This document shows, piece by piece, positions 1 through 8,689 of a DNA stretch of 64,000 bases; position 1 is the first letter of the stretch; every line of letters begins with the position of its first letter. The DNA lies in the NCBI GenBank assembly GCA_043807425.1, contig JAZDFZ010000021.1:574-64573 (forward strand), given 5' to 3'. The notes under the pieces were generated by a model, which saw only the letters and a list, made by a program, of their open reading frames with translations, ran no database searches and was not told where the DNA came from. The DNA is from Actinomycetota bacterium. GTDB lineage: Bacteria; Actinomycetota; Geothermincolia; Fen-727; Anoxymicrobiaceae. Made by a program: the position numbers and the translations under genes.

Positions 1-157
1 CGGAGATGGATAGCAGGACCAGCTTGCCGGCGGCCTCGGCCTCGGCGAAGGCGTCCAGGCCCCACCCGCGCCACTCTATCTCGCCCGCGCGGTTGGGCCT
101 TGGGCTGAAGCGGAACCTGCCGGTCCCGCTTCCGTTCGACTCGTCCGTGTTCGCCAT
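1..157 (-). CDS. DUF255/thioredoxin-like domain protein (YyaL/SSP411-type), 5' part only; runs off the window edge
   Basis: Manual translation from ATG at 157: MANTDESNGSGTGRFRFSPRPNRAGEIEWRGWGLDAFAEAEAAGKLVLLSIS, matching the DUF255 N-terminal pattern. Not in the ORF track. Confidence 0.75.
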   Translation of the reverse strand, partial: MANTDESNGSGTGRFRFSPRPNRAGEIEWRGWGLDAFAEAEAAGKLVLLSIS

Positions 158-208
158 GGTGGCCTGCCATCCCGTTGGGCGGGCCCGAAGACCCGCCCGA
201 TAAAGGAG

Positions 209-307
209 ACTCCTCCCGAGTACCCGGCAGCAGGAGATGGCACTGGGGGCTGCTCGTGGCTCGTTACCGGGGAGGGGGGTCCCCGGAGTACAGCACCCGG
301 GAGGAGT
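209..307 (-). ncRNA. Candidate structured RNA or leader with C-rich loops (6C-like)
   Basis: 16-bp closing stem (209-224/292-307, G-U pairs only on the minus strand) enclosing a 7-bp hairpin with a CCCCCC loop and a 5-bp hairpin with a C-rich loop. Confidence 0.4.
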
Positions 308-624
308 AAACCGTTCTTGTCAATCTCTCTTTTTGTCCAGGTCCCTGTCCTTTTTCGCGGACCGTAACGAGTTCTCCATGTTCACACACGGGAACTTGGT
401 TCCCGCGCAGTGCGAACAGCAGAATCCCTGCGTACTTCCCCTCTCGACCCTCTTCGGGTCCTTAACCTTTTGACGCATTAGTGACCTTTCTGTTCACAGG
501 ATACGCCCGGGGAGGGGGAATCGCATTGACATCAGTCAACGGTATGACGCGGGTCGGGTCCGTGGCTCCCCGGAGTGACGGGTGTCAGTGACTTACCACG
601 GGCACCATTGTTATCATCTTGCCT

Positions 625-1653
625 ATGAGCAGAGCAAAGAAGGCCCCCGGGCACGGAAAGATAGTGGTGATCTCCGACACGCACTTCGGGGACGAGACCC
701 AGTTGCTCGACGACAGGCGCACCGTGGACCGCCTCATGGAGGCGCTCGCCGACCGCGGGCCCGTGTCCGAGCTGATCCTGCTGGGCGACATACTGGACCT
801 CTGGGTCGAGACCCTGATGCCCTCGCTGCGGAAGGCCCGGTACTTCATCGAAAGCCTGTCGCGCCTGACCAACGTGGCGAGTGCGATCTACGTGCCGGGA
901 AACCACGACCACCAGATGTTCATGGACGCGTTCCGCCTGGAGCAGGACGTGCGCATAATGCAGGGCGATCTGTCCACCGCCCGGTTCATGCCCGCCCGCT
1001 CCTACGGCGAGACCCTGCTCAATGGCCTGGCGGCCCAGCGGAGCAGGCTCCACATCTCCATGACCTACCCGTACCTGGTCCGGCCGCTGGACGGCGGGGA
1101 GGTAGTCCTCGCTCACGGCCACCACCTCGACTTCTACGCGAAGACGCACGGCTGGGCCCGTACCTTCTGGCTGGGGCGGCACATTATTAGCAAGAGGGGC
1201 CACAGGCCGGTCACGCTGCACGACATCGAGATGGCGAACATCCCGTTCTGCGGCGCCATGTCCGCGGCCCCCTGGGTGCCCGAGCTCGTCGATGAGGGCC
1301 TGCGCTACTACAGGGTCATCAGCTTCTTCGGGCGCCTCTTCAGCTCCGACAAGCTACGCGAGTCGCCGCTGCGAGACTCCCTCATCCGGGAGAACTACGC
1401 CGAGATCGAGCAGCTCCTCCCGCAGTTCGGTACCCCCGAGCCGCTCTGCTTCGTCTACGGGCACACCCACCGTCCGGGCGTGGGGAGGCTTCCGGGCAGA
1501 AAGACCGTCATCGTCAACTGCGGGTCGTGGGTCCGGCAGAAGGAGGAGGCGATGCCCACCCGGACCTGGGTGGAGATCGACGGCGACATCAAGCTGTTCG
1601 AGCTGGGTCGCGAGGGCCCGGTGATGCTCACCAGGGAGGACCTTCTCGCCTAG
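625..1653 (+). CDS. Calcineurin-like metallophosphoesterase
   Basis: Motifs DTH, GD, GNHDH, HGH, GHTH. ATG at 625 lies 7 nt after a TGn-TATCAT -10 box. Confidence 0.85.
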   Translation: MSRAKKAPGHGKIVVISDTHFGDETQLLDDRRTVDRLMEALADRGPVSELILLGDILDLWVETLMPSLRKARYFIESLSRLTNVASAIYVPGNHDHQMFMDAFRLEQDVRIMQGDLSTARFMPARSYGETLLNGLAAQRSRLHISMTYPYLVRPLDGGEVVLAHGHHLDFYAKTHGWARTFWLGRHIISKRGHRPVTLHDIEMANIPFCGAMSAAPWVPELVDEGLRYYRVISFFGRLFSSDKLRESPLRDSLIRENYAEIEQLLPQFGTPEPLCFVYGHTHRPGVGRLPGRKTVIVNCGSWVRQKEEAMPTRTWVEIDGDIKLFELGREGPVMLTREDLLA

Positions 1654-1660
1654 CGAATAA

Positions 1661-1746
1661 GAAATAACCTCAACCATGAGAAATAACCTCAACCATCTTT
1701 TCTCAACCATGCGGTAGCCGTGAGACATAATGGTTGAGGTGAATTC
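1661..1746. repeat. REP-like family B (CCTCAACCA core), multi-unit copy
   Basis: GAAATAACCTCAACCAT twice in tandem, plus an inverted ATGGTTGAGGT unit. Confidence 0.8.
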
Positions 1747-1761
1747 CCACCAGGAGGTGTC

Positions 1762-1953
1762 ATGGACTGTCCGAGGACCGAGGAGAACCTGGAGTTCTGC
1801 AACTGCACCTACGAGCCGTGCAGCCGCAAGGGCCGGTGCTGCGAGTGCGTGCGCTACCACGTGACGAAACGGCAGCTGCCGGCCTGTGCGTTCCCGCCCG
1901 AGGCCGAGCGCACCTACGACCGCTCCTTCGAATGCTTCAAGCGCAGCGTCTGA
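1762..1953 (+). CDS. Small Cys-rich protein (DUF6485-like)
   Basis: AGGAGG RBS; CNCTYEPCSRKGRCCECVRYH pattern. Confidence 0.75.
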   Translation: MDCPRTEENLEFCNCTYEPCSRKGRCCECVRYHVTKRQLPACAFPPEAERTYDRSFECFKRSV

Positions 1954-2606
1954 TGAGTGTCGAACAGAGTGAGTCCGCGCGGGCGAGCTACAACAGGATG
2001 AGCCGCGTCTACGGCCTCCTCTCCAGCAGCAGCGAGAAGAAGTTCATCGAGGTCGCAATCCGGCAGGTGCTCGAGCCCCGGGATGGTGAGGTGATACTCG
2101 AGCCGGGGTTTGGCGCCGGGCAGGTCCTGTTGGCGCTGGCCCGGATGGTCGGCCCGACGGGCAGGGTCTCCGGCATAGACGTATCCGACGGCATGGTCGA
2201 GGCCGCCCGCAGGCGACTCGCGGGGAGCGGGGTCGAGGATCGAGTCGAGATACGACGGGGGGACGCCTCGTCCATGCCCTACGCCGACGCCACCTTCGAC
2301 GCGGTCTTCATGAGCTTCACCCTGGAGCTGTTTCCGGACGACGAGATACCGGTGGTCCTCTCGGAGTGCCGGCGCGTCCTGAAGCCCGGCGGCCGTATCT
2401 GTGTGGCCAGCATGTCGGCACGGGGGAAGAACGGTCTGATGATGCGGTCGTACGTGTGGGCACACCGCAGGTTTCCACACTTCGTGGACTGCAGGCCGGT
2501 ATTCGCGCGCAAGACGCTGGAGGACGCGGGGTTCGAGATACTGGACGAGAAGCTCCCGTCCATGTGGGGCCTCCCCGTCGAGATCGTCCTGGGTCGCTCC
2601 ACGTGA
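1953..2606 (+). CDS. Class I SAM-dependent methyltransferase (UbiE-like)
   Basis: ILEPGFGAG motif I, GIDVS, GDASSMPY, FDAVFMSF, VLKPGGR. ATG overlaps the upstream TGA. Confidence 0.85.
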   Translation: MSVEQSESARASYNRMSRVYGLLSSSSEKKFIEVAIRQVLEPRDGEVILEPGFGAGQVLLALARMVGPTGRVSGIDVSDGMVEAARRRLAGSGVEDRVEIRRGDASSMPYADATFDAVFMSFTLELFPDDEIPVVLSECRRVLKPGGRICVASMSARGKNGLMMRSYVWAHRRFPHFVDCRPVFARKTLEDAGFEILDEKLPSMWGLPVEIVLGRST

Positions 2607-2608
2607 TT

Positions 2609-2687
2609 CCCTCTCCCTTGACGGGGTAAGGGTCGGGGTGTCCTCTTTTCCCCTCCCCCTCGAGGGGGGAGGGTCAGGGTGGGGGTG
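2609..2687. repeat. REP-like family A palindromes (two copies) at the 3' end of the DUF559 gene
   Basis: Degenerate CCCTCTCCC-TTGAC-GGG..TCGGGGTG (2609-2640) and CCCCTCCCCC-TCGA-GGGGGGAGGG-TCAGGGTGGGGGTG (2650-2687). Confidence 0.85.
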
Positions 2688-3036
2688 TTCCCTCTTCGAG
2701 TACATCCACAATCGCCTCCAACACGGCATCCGTCCGTAGAAGAACATCGTCGTTCCAGAACCTCAGCACCGTAAAGCCTTCCTGATGCAGCCAGGATGAG
2801 CGTCTTTCATCATAGGCATTGTCGACATGCTGACCGCCATCCACTTCTATCACCAATCGTTCTTCCAGGCACACGAAATCGACAATGAAGTCTCCAAGCG
2901 GCTGCTGACGACGGAACTTGCACCCCAGCACCTGCCGCGCCCTCAGCAGTTGCCACAGGCACATCTCGGCATCAGTCTGGTTCTCGCGGAGCCCTCGTGC
3001 GAATGCAATTCGATCGGTCTTCGCCTTACTGCTCAC
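2674..3036 (-). CDS. DUF559 / Vsr-like (PD-(D/E)xK) endonuclease domain protein
   Basis: ARGLRENQTDAEMCLW, KFRRQQPLGDFIVDF, LVIEVDGGQH, GFTVLRFWNDDV. Confidence 0.92.
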   Translation of the reverse strand: MSSKAKTDRIAFARGLRENQTDAEMCLWQLLRARQVLGCKFRRQQPLGDFIVDFVCLEERLVIEVDGGQHVDNAYDERRSSWLHQEGFTVLRFWNDDVLLRTDAVLEAIVDVLEEGTPPP

Positions 3037-3041
3037 TGTGA

Positions 3042-3080
3042 CCCCCTCACCCCGACCCTCTCCCCCCAGGGGAGAGGGGG
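3042..3080. repeat. REP-like family A palindrome upstream of the DUF559 gene
   Basis: CCCCCTCACCCCGACCCTCTCCCC-CCA-GGGGAGAGGG, inverted relative to the 2650 copy. Confidence 0.85.
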
Positions 3081-3232
3081 ATTGTCGTATGCACTCACGA
3101 TCACTTGCTGCTGCTCAAAATAAAGCGCCGCGCCTTTGACCCGGAGGTCCGGCGCAGCGCCCTCTCCCTGATTCAGAGCCCCGCTCGAAGCGGAGCAAGC
3201 TAATCAGATATTAGCAGACCAGGCAAACTCTG

Positions 3233-5008
3233 TCAATCACCTTTGCCGAGAAAAAACTGGTGCGGGTCGAACATCCGCGCGAAGCGAAGCTCCTCGACCG
3301 AGGGCGCCTCGATCTCCACGACGTCGTCAGCCACCTCGAGATCCCAGCCGCAGGTCTCTTTCGCGCTCGCCAGGGCCGCCTCCCTGTCCCCGTCCGCCGC
3401 CGGGAAGTAGCCGGTCAGGACCAGCTCGCCGTCCCGCTTCTCGAGCAGCCCCCTGGTGGTCACCACCGCTGTGATGCGCTCCCCGGGACAGGTCACGTAC
3501 GGCACCTTCTCCACCAGCCGGAAAGGGAGGTGATCGGTCAGGATCACCACGTCCTTCGCACCGGCCGCCACGTCCGCCGCTCCGCCTGAGCCGACCAGCA
3601 GGAGCTTCATCTCGGGTATCGCGGTCGAGTTGATGTTGCCCCTCCGGTCCACCTGCCCGGCACCCAGCGAGCCGATACACCTGTTGCTGGGGGCGCCTAC
3701 CAGCGAGCCCAGGATGTCGTTGATGTCCGTGAGCATCGTGCACTGGGGGACGTTGCGCAGGTTGAAGATGAACGGGTCGGCCGGCTGCGGGCTGTAGCCG
3801 AAGAAACCGACCTCGGCGATGAGGTCGCAGTCGTGCCCCTCCTCCGCCAGGTTGTAGTAGGCCAGCCACGCCGCCAGGTTGCTCGCACCGACTCCAGCCA
3901 GGATGGTCCGGTAGCCGTTCTCCCGCGCTTTCCGCGCTATCACCCGGGCCCCCACGCTCACCATCATCTCCACGGGGTTGTACTCCGGTCCGGGGTTCAT
4001 CCGGGGGAGTGCATCCACCAGCTCGGAGGTCCAGGAGTCGAGAGCCGACTTGCCCTTGAGGTACCAGATCTTCTCGTGGCCGAGCTTCGCCAGGTACTCC
4101 TCGTGGTTCGCGCACCCCAGGATCCACTCGTCCATCCACTCCTGGAGCCTTGCCGGGTCCTTCGCCCTCTCCCGCAGATCCATCAGGAACTCGCGGTCCA
4201 CCTCGTAGCCCTCGACCTCGCGCTCCAGGCCGTAGTTGGACATCCCCGCAGGGTGCGAGCCCATGGGCACCACGCAGACGGCGTTCACGAGGTAGGCGGG
4301 CACCTTGACAAAGTGACTGAATCGCTTCAGGAACGAGTCGTCCACCAGCTTCTCGACGGTGACTATGGTGCCCTGCCTCGCGGAGCGCGCCGAGGCGGCG
4401 GTCTCCGCGTAGGGGGGGGCGCATATCAGGTTTCCGGCCGGGTCGGCCGCCCAGCCGTGCAGGAAGGTGAGGTCCGGGACCAGAGCGCGCACGAATCCTA
4501 CGGGTCCGTCCGGGGTTTCGACCTCGAAGTAATCCTCGTTCTCATCCGCGATGGTGGTGCCCGCAAGGGACGGCGCGGGGATGCAATCGAGCCCGAGCGC
4601 CCCGGCCAGCACCCTCAGCGAAAATGACAGTATAGTCCAGTGCTCCATCTCCACGGTGCCGTCCCGGTACGCCTGCTGGTAGACGGGATTGGGCCCCGGC
4701 ATGGGGTACGCGTCGCCGTAAAAGGTGCCGATGGCCTTCTTAATGATGCCCGCCGCAAAGACGGCCGACATGTCGCCCGTGAAGCCCAGAGTGCTGATGG
4801 TGAATCCCGGATCTGTCCCCCAGAACTGCCGAGCCAACTGCTGGTACACCGCGCAGGGCCTGGCGTAGCTGTGCCCGATGTGAATGAACATCCCCGGCCG
4901 CACGAAACGGTCGATCGCGTCCTCGAGCGACATCACCTTGTCCGCGGCGTGCCCGGCACGAGAGATGCGCTGCTGCCTGGCTACCGCCTCGTCGAAAGCA
5001 CCATACAT
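3233..5008 (-). CDS. Fused alpha/beta family I CoA-transferase (glutaconate CoA-transferase-like)
   Basis: KVMSLEDAIDRFVRPG N-terminus; GAGQVDRRGNINST and GSGGAAD in the C-terminal half. ATG at 5008 follows GAGGAG. Confidence 0.8.
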   Translation of the reverse strand: MYGAFDEAVARQQRISRAGHAADKVMSLEDAIDRFVRPGMFIHIGHSYARPCAVYQQLARQFWGTDPGFTISTLGFTGDMSAVFAAGIIKKAIGTFYGDAYPMPGPNPVYQQAYRDGTVEMEHWTILSFSLRVLAGALGLDCIPAPSLAGTTIADENEDYFEVETPDGPVGFVRALVPDLTFLHGWAADPAGNLICAPPYAETAASARSARQGTIVTVEKLVDDSFLKRFSHFVKVPAYLVNAVCVVPMGSHPAGMSNYGLEREVEGYEVDREFLMDLRERAKDPARLQEWMDEWILGCANHEEYLAKLGHEKIWYLKGKSALDSWTSELVDALPRMNPGPEYNPVEMMVSVGARVIARKARENGYRTILAGVGASNLAAWLAYYNLAEEGHDCDLIAEVGFFGYSPQPADPFIFNLRNVPQCTMLTDINDILGSLVGAPSNRCIGSLGAGQVDRRGNINSTAIPEMKLLLVGSGGAADVAAGAKDVVILTDHLPFRLVEKVPYVTCPGERITAVVTTRGLLEKRDGELVLTGYFPAADGDREAALASAKETCGWDLEVADDVVEIEAPSVEELRFARMFDPHQFFLGKGD

Positions 5009-5012
5009 CACG

Positions 5013-6656
5013 TCACTCCTCGTCGAAGGAATCGACCATCCTCGCGGCCACCGCGTCCCAGCTGAACCGCTCACTGACCACCGAGCGCATCTCGCGCCCG
5101 CGCGACGCGAGCCGGTCGGCCGGCATGTCCAGCACGGCCGAGACGGCCGATGCGATGCGCCTGACGATCCCCTCCCCGTCCTCGAGACGCAGCGCGTCCA
5201 GGTCATCGCCCCATATCCCTTCCAGGGGCTCAAGCGCACTCCGCAGGCCGGAATGCCGCGACGCAATCGGTACTACCCCGCACGCCATCGCCTCGGTGGC
5301 CACCAGCCCGAACGCCTCGGGAGCCAGGGATGGCACCAGCAGGGCTTTCGCGTACGGCAGTATGTGCCGGTGCTCCTCCTGGGTCAGATACCCGGTGAAT
5401 GTGACCGCCTCGACGAGCCCTCCCTCCCGGCACGACCGGATATACTCGTCCATCTCCCCGGCGTCCGACAGGCCCTCCAGGAACCGCAGTACCGGCTCGA
5501 AGGCGTCCTCCGCCTTCCTGTACTCGCGGTTCCCGTACTCCGAGAGCCGCTTGAGCCGCAGCAGGTCGCCGTCGGCCAGGGCCTGCAGCATCAGCTGGAG
5601 CATCCCCCTCTGCTCGCCGAAGCCGACCACCACCAGTGCGAGGCCGGGGTGCCCGCGCATGACCAGGGGCAGCGCCGGAAGGATGCACTGCACGCCCTTG
5701 GTCTCCAGGAGCTTGCCCAGGAACATGACGAACGGTCTCTCACTCTCAGCGAGCTCGCCCAGCCTCTCGGTCACGTCCGGCTCGGGGAGCCACTCCGGGT
5801 GCAGGCCGTTGATCCAGGCTATGTCGCGCGCGAAATCCGAGGCGCCGGACCCACCTGAGGCCTCCCCGTCCTCGCCCCTTCCCAGGAAGTCGCCCACCCT
5901 CACTGAGGCGGTCCTCGCCGCGACCTCCTCCCCCATCAGGCCGACGGCCTCCTCGAAATCCCGCTTCGCCAGGTCGAACAGATCGGTATCCACCCCTGGC
6001 GGGACCAGTAGCAGCCTCTCCTCGAGGCCGGTTATCCTGTCGGCGAACACCTCCAGCACCTGCTCGCGGGAGTGCTCGCTGGGCACGAATATCGCGTGCG
6101 CGCCGGCCAACCCCAATGCCCCGTAGTGCAGGTAGCGGTCGTCACGCCTGACCGTGAAGTCTATCGCCGAGCCGTGGATGCACACGAAGTAGGAAACCTC
6201 GGCCGCCTCGGCGACCGGCCTCAGTATCGCCGGCAGCATCACCGCGTGGTTGGCCAGGACCGCGTCGGGCACGAACTGCTCCACCAGCCTGGTGTGCGCC
6301 CCCCGGTTCAGCTCGATGTAAGCATGCAGCTCGTCGTCACTGAGATCCGGGAACTCCTTGACCCTGAACCCCTCGTAGCTGTCCATCACGTAGACCGGGA
6401 GCAGCCCGCCTATGTCCGGCTTGACCACCATGCAGCTTCCCGGGTACTCGGTCTCCTTCTCCCAGACCACCCGCGGGGCCGAGAGCCCGGCTTCGTCAGA
6501 CATGAACACGCTCACGAAGTCGAGGTCGGGGTCATCGTCCTGGCAGGTGACGAGGAGGTGGTGGCCTTGGCCGCAGAACGCCCGGGCCAGCGACTGTACG
6601 TACTGGTTGCTGCCGGTCCCCTTCAGAAGGTAACCGTGCGCAATGAGTATCCTCAA
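5013..6656 (-). CDS. Glycosyltransferase family 4 (GT-B)
   Basis: MRILIAHGYLL..GTGS, PPGVD, FLGKLLETKG, PSLAPEAFGLVATEAMACG. Confidence 0.85.
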   Translation of the reverse strand: MRILIAHGYLLKGTGSNQYVQSLARAFCGQGHHLLVTCQDDDPDLDFVSVFMSDEAGLSAPRVVWEKETEYPGSCMVVKPDIGGLLPVYVMDSYEGFRVKEFPDLSDDELHAYIELNRGAHTRLVEQFVPDAVLANHAVMLPAILRPVAEAAEVSYFVCIHGSAIDFTVRRDDRYLHYGALGLAGAHAIFVPSEHSREQVLEVFADRITGLEERLLLVPPGVDTDLFDLAKRDFEEAVGLMGEEVAARTASVRVGDFLGRGEDGEASGGSGASDFARDIAWINGLHPEWLPEPDVTERLGELAESERPFVMFLGKLLETKGVQCILPALPLVMRGHPGLALVVVGFGEQRGMLQLMLQALADGDLLRLKRLSEYGNREYRKAEDAFEPVLRFLEGLSDAGEMDEYIRSCREGGLVEAVTFTGYLTQEEHRHILPYAKALLVPSLAPEAFGLVATEAMACGVVPIASRHSGLRSALEPLEGIWGDDLDALRLEDGEGIVRRIASAVSAVLDMPADRLASRGREMRSVVSERFSWDAVAARMVDSFDEE

Positions 6657-6798
6657 AGCCCTGTGCGCCTCCCTCCCTTACAGCGACGATTATATCCGGT
6701 GAAGTCCACCGGCGCGGGAATCCGGCTGCTAGAATGAAGTGTGTACACTGCACCTTAGTCTGCATCCAGGGGGAAGATTGCGGCGTGCCCTCGGTCTT

Positions 6799-7659
6799 AT
6801 GAAGGAGACTTTCGCATACGGCCTGCGCTCCACCGCGAGGTGCTGGCCCGCCGTCTTCCTCTTCTTCGCCCTGCTTATGATCCCCTACGTGATGGGCGAA
6901 CTGTACGTAGGTTCGGTATCATCCTCCTTGATCAACTGGATCACGGCGGTTACGCTCGTACTGGTATTGCTCAGCCTGTTCCTCGTCTACGGCCTGACGG
7001 TAGTCCTCGTGAGGAGACTCAATCCGCTTCCCACCCAGGTAGCCTCTCGCGATGTAAGTCTCTTCAGGGAGTTCAGGCCCCTCGCATTCTCGTCGCTTAA
7101 CTCGGGCATGCTTTCGTTCGTAATCTACTACCTGGCACTCATCCCCCTCTACTATCTTCTAGGTGGAATAACCATCTACACCGCCAACAGCTTCTGGAAC
7201 GTGGGGCATTCCCTTGCCTGGCTCGTCGGCGTGGTGGTGCTCGCCCCCCTGCTCGTCGGGTTCCATCACGTGATCCTGCTGGCAACCAGAAGGTCGCTCC
7301 GTGGGATACTCGAGGGCTTCAGGCTTCTCGGTCGGAGAATCTGGTACCCGTGTGTCGTGTTGATCGTTATCTGGCTCGTCCCGGCGCTCTTCAACGTGGC
7401 GATGCGACTGCTGCTCCTGGCTTCGATCTCCGATGAGTACAGGATTACCCCGTTGGTCGAGACCTTGAGCTGGACGTCCCGAGTACTCGGGACCGCGCTG
7501 GCATCTGTCGCATTCGTCCTCGTAGCGGCGTGCTTCAACAAGGTCTACGAGACACTAAGGGCGCAATCGGTCCGGGCCGTCCTCCCGACATCCGGCCTGG
7601 AGTATGCGTCTAGCGACCCAGATTCACCCGATGGTGTGCCTCCGGCAGACATGCAGTAG
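6799..7659 (+). CDS. Multi-pass membrane protein, function unknown
   Basis: About six hydrophobic segments; start codon uncertain. Confidence 0.6.
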   Translation: MKETFAYGLRSTARCWPAVFLFFALLMIPYVMGELYVGSVSSSLINWITAVTLVLVLLSLFLVYGLTVVLVRRLNPLPTQVASRDVSLFREFRPLAFSSLNSGMLSFVIYYLALIPLYYLLGGITIYTANSFWNVGHSLAWLVGVVVLAPLLVGFHHVILLATRRSLRGILEGFRLLGRRIWYPCVVLIVIWLVPALFNVAMRLLLLASISDEYRITPLVETLSWTSRVLGTALASVAFVLVAACFNKVYETLRAQSVRAVLPTSGLEYASSDPDSPDGVPPADMQ

Positions 7660-7698
7660 CCCGGAGCAACTGGAACGGAGTATGGGCGCAGACCATTT

Positions 7699-8559
7699 TC
7701 AGTCCAGGCCCAGCAGCCCCCGGGCGTTATCGTGGAAGACCTTGCGCTCGAACTCCTCGCCCAGGTCGAGAGCCAGGATGCCGTCAATGCAGTCCCGGTA
7801 CTCGTAGGGGAAGTGCGGGGAGTCGGTGCCGAAGAGGATGCGGTCGGAGATCTCGAGAAGCACCCCCGGGTCGAACTCGTAGGGGATGGGAAGGGGCGGA
7901 AACCGCCCGCGTGCCACCTGCTCGGCGACAACCGCCGGGGCGATGAAGCTGACCGCGGTGTCCAGGTAGAGGTTCGGGTAGGTCCGTACCATCCCGAAGA
8001 AGCGGTCCAGCTCGTAGGCACCCATATGGGCGACCACCACCTTCAGCTCCGGGAAACGCTCCATGACCGGCTCGAAGTGGTCGGCCCCCACGTACTGGTT
8101 CGCCACCGGAGCGGTCCCCGCGTGGACCGCCAGCACCTTGCCGCGCTCCAGCAGCAGCTCGTAGACCTCGAACATGCGCTCGTCGCAGGGGTAAAAGTCA
8201 CTCACCAGCGGCTGTATCTTGATGCCGAAGAAGCCCCGGTCGAAGAGGTCCTCCAGCATCGGGACGTTACCCTCGTCGCCCGGCATGACCGTGGCGAACG
8301 GGACAGCCTCGGGATGCGCCTGCGCGAACCCCGCCGTCCACTCGTTCAGCCCGGCCGCCATCCCCTCGCGGTGCGCGTAGTTGTAGGTGACGAAGCGTTC
8401 CACCCCGAACCCTCGCAGCGTCTCGACGAGGCCGTCGGGCGAGTCCTTGTAGCGTACGCCCCAGAACCGCTTGCCGAACCACTCCCAGATGGAGGCGAAA
8501 ACCTTCTCGGGGAAGAAGTGCGCGTGCATATCGATGATGCGACCCTGGTAACGGCTCAC
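7699..8559 (-). CDS. Amidohydrolase family protein (Amidohydro_2 type)
   Basis: IIDMHAH, VHAG, VVAHMG, LYLDTA, ILFGTDSP. Confidence 0.85.
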   Translation of the reverse strand: MSRYQGRIIDMHAHFFPEKVFASIWEWFGKRFWGVRYKDSPDGLVETLRGFGVERFVTYNYAHREGMAAGLNEWTAGFAQAHPEAVPFATVMPGDEGNVPMLEDLFDRGFFGIKIQPLVSDFYPCDERMFEVYELLLERGKVLAVHAGTAPVANQYVGADHFEPVMERFPELKVVVAHMGAYELDRFFGMVRTYPNLYLDTAVSFIAPAVVAEQVARGRFPPLPIPYEFDPGVLLEISDRILFGTDSPHFPYEYRDCIDGILALDLGEEFERKVFHDNARGLLGLD

Positions 8560-8581
8560 GTGGGGTCTCCCGGTCGCCCGC

Positions 8582-8689
8582 ATGTAACAAAAGGGCCTGA
8601 CCCTTTCGTTACATCGCGGTTGTCGTTCGCATCGGCGTCTGGCACCATTGCGAACGGTGTAGCAAAAGGGCCTGACCCTTTTGCTACAC
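8582..8689. repeat. REP-like family C doublet (GGG-CCTGA-CCC core)
   Basis: ATGTAACAAAAGGG-CCTGA-CCCTTTCGTTACAT (8582-8614) and a perfect 14-bp-arm copy GTGTAGCAAAAGGG-CCTGA-CCCTTTTGCTACAC (8657-8689). Confidence 0.85.
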
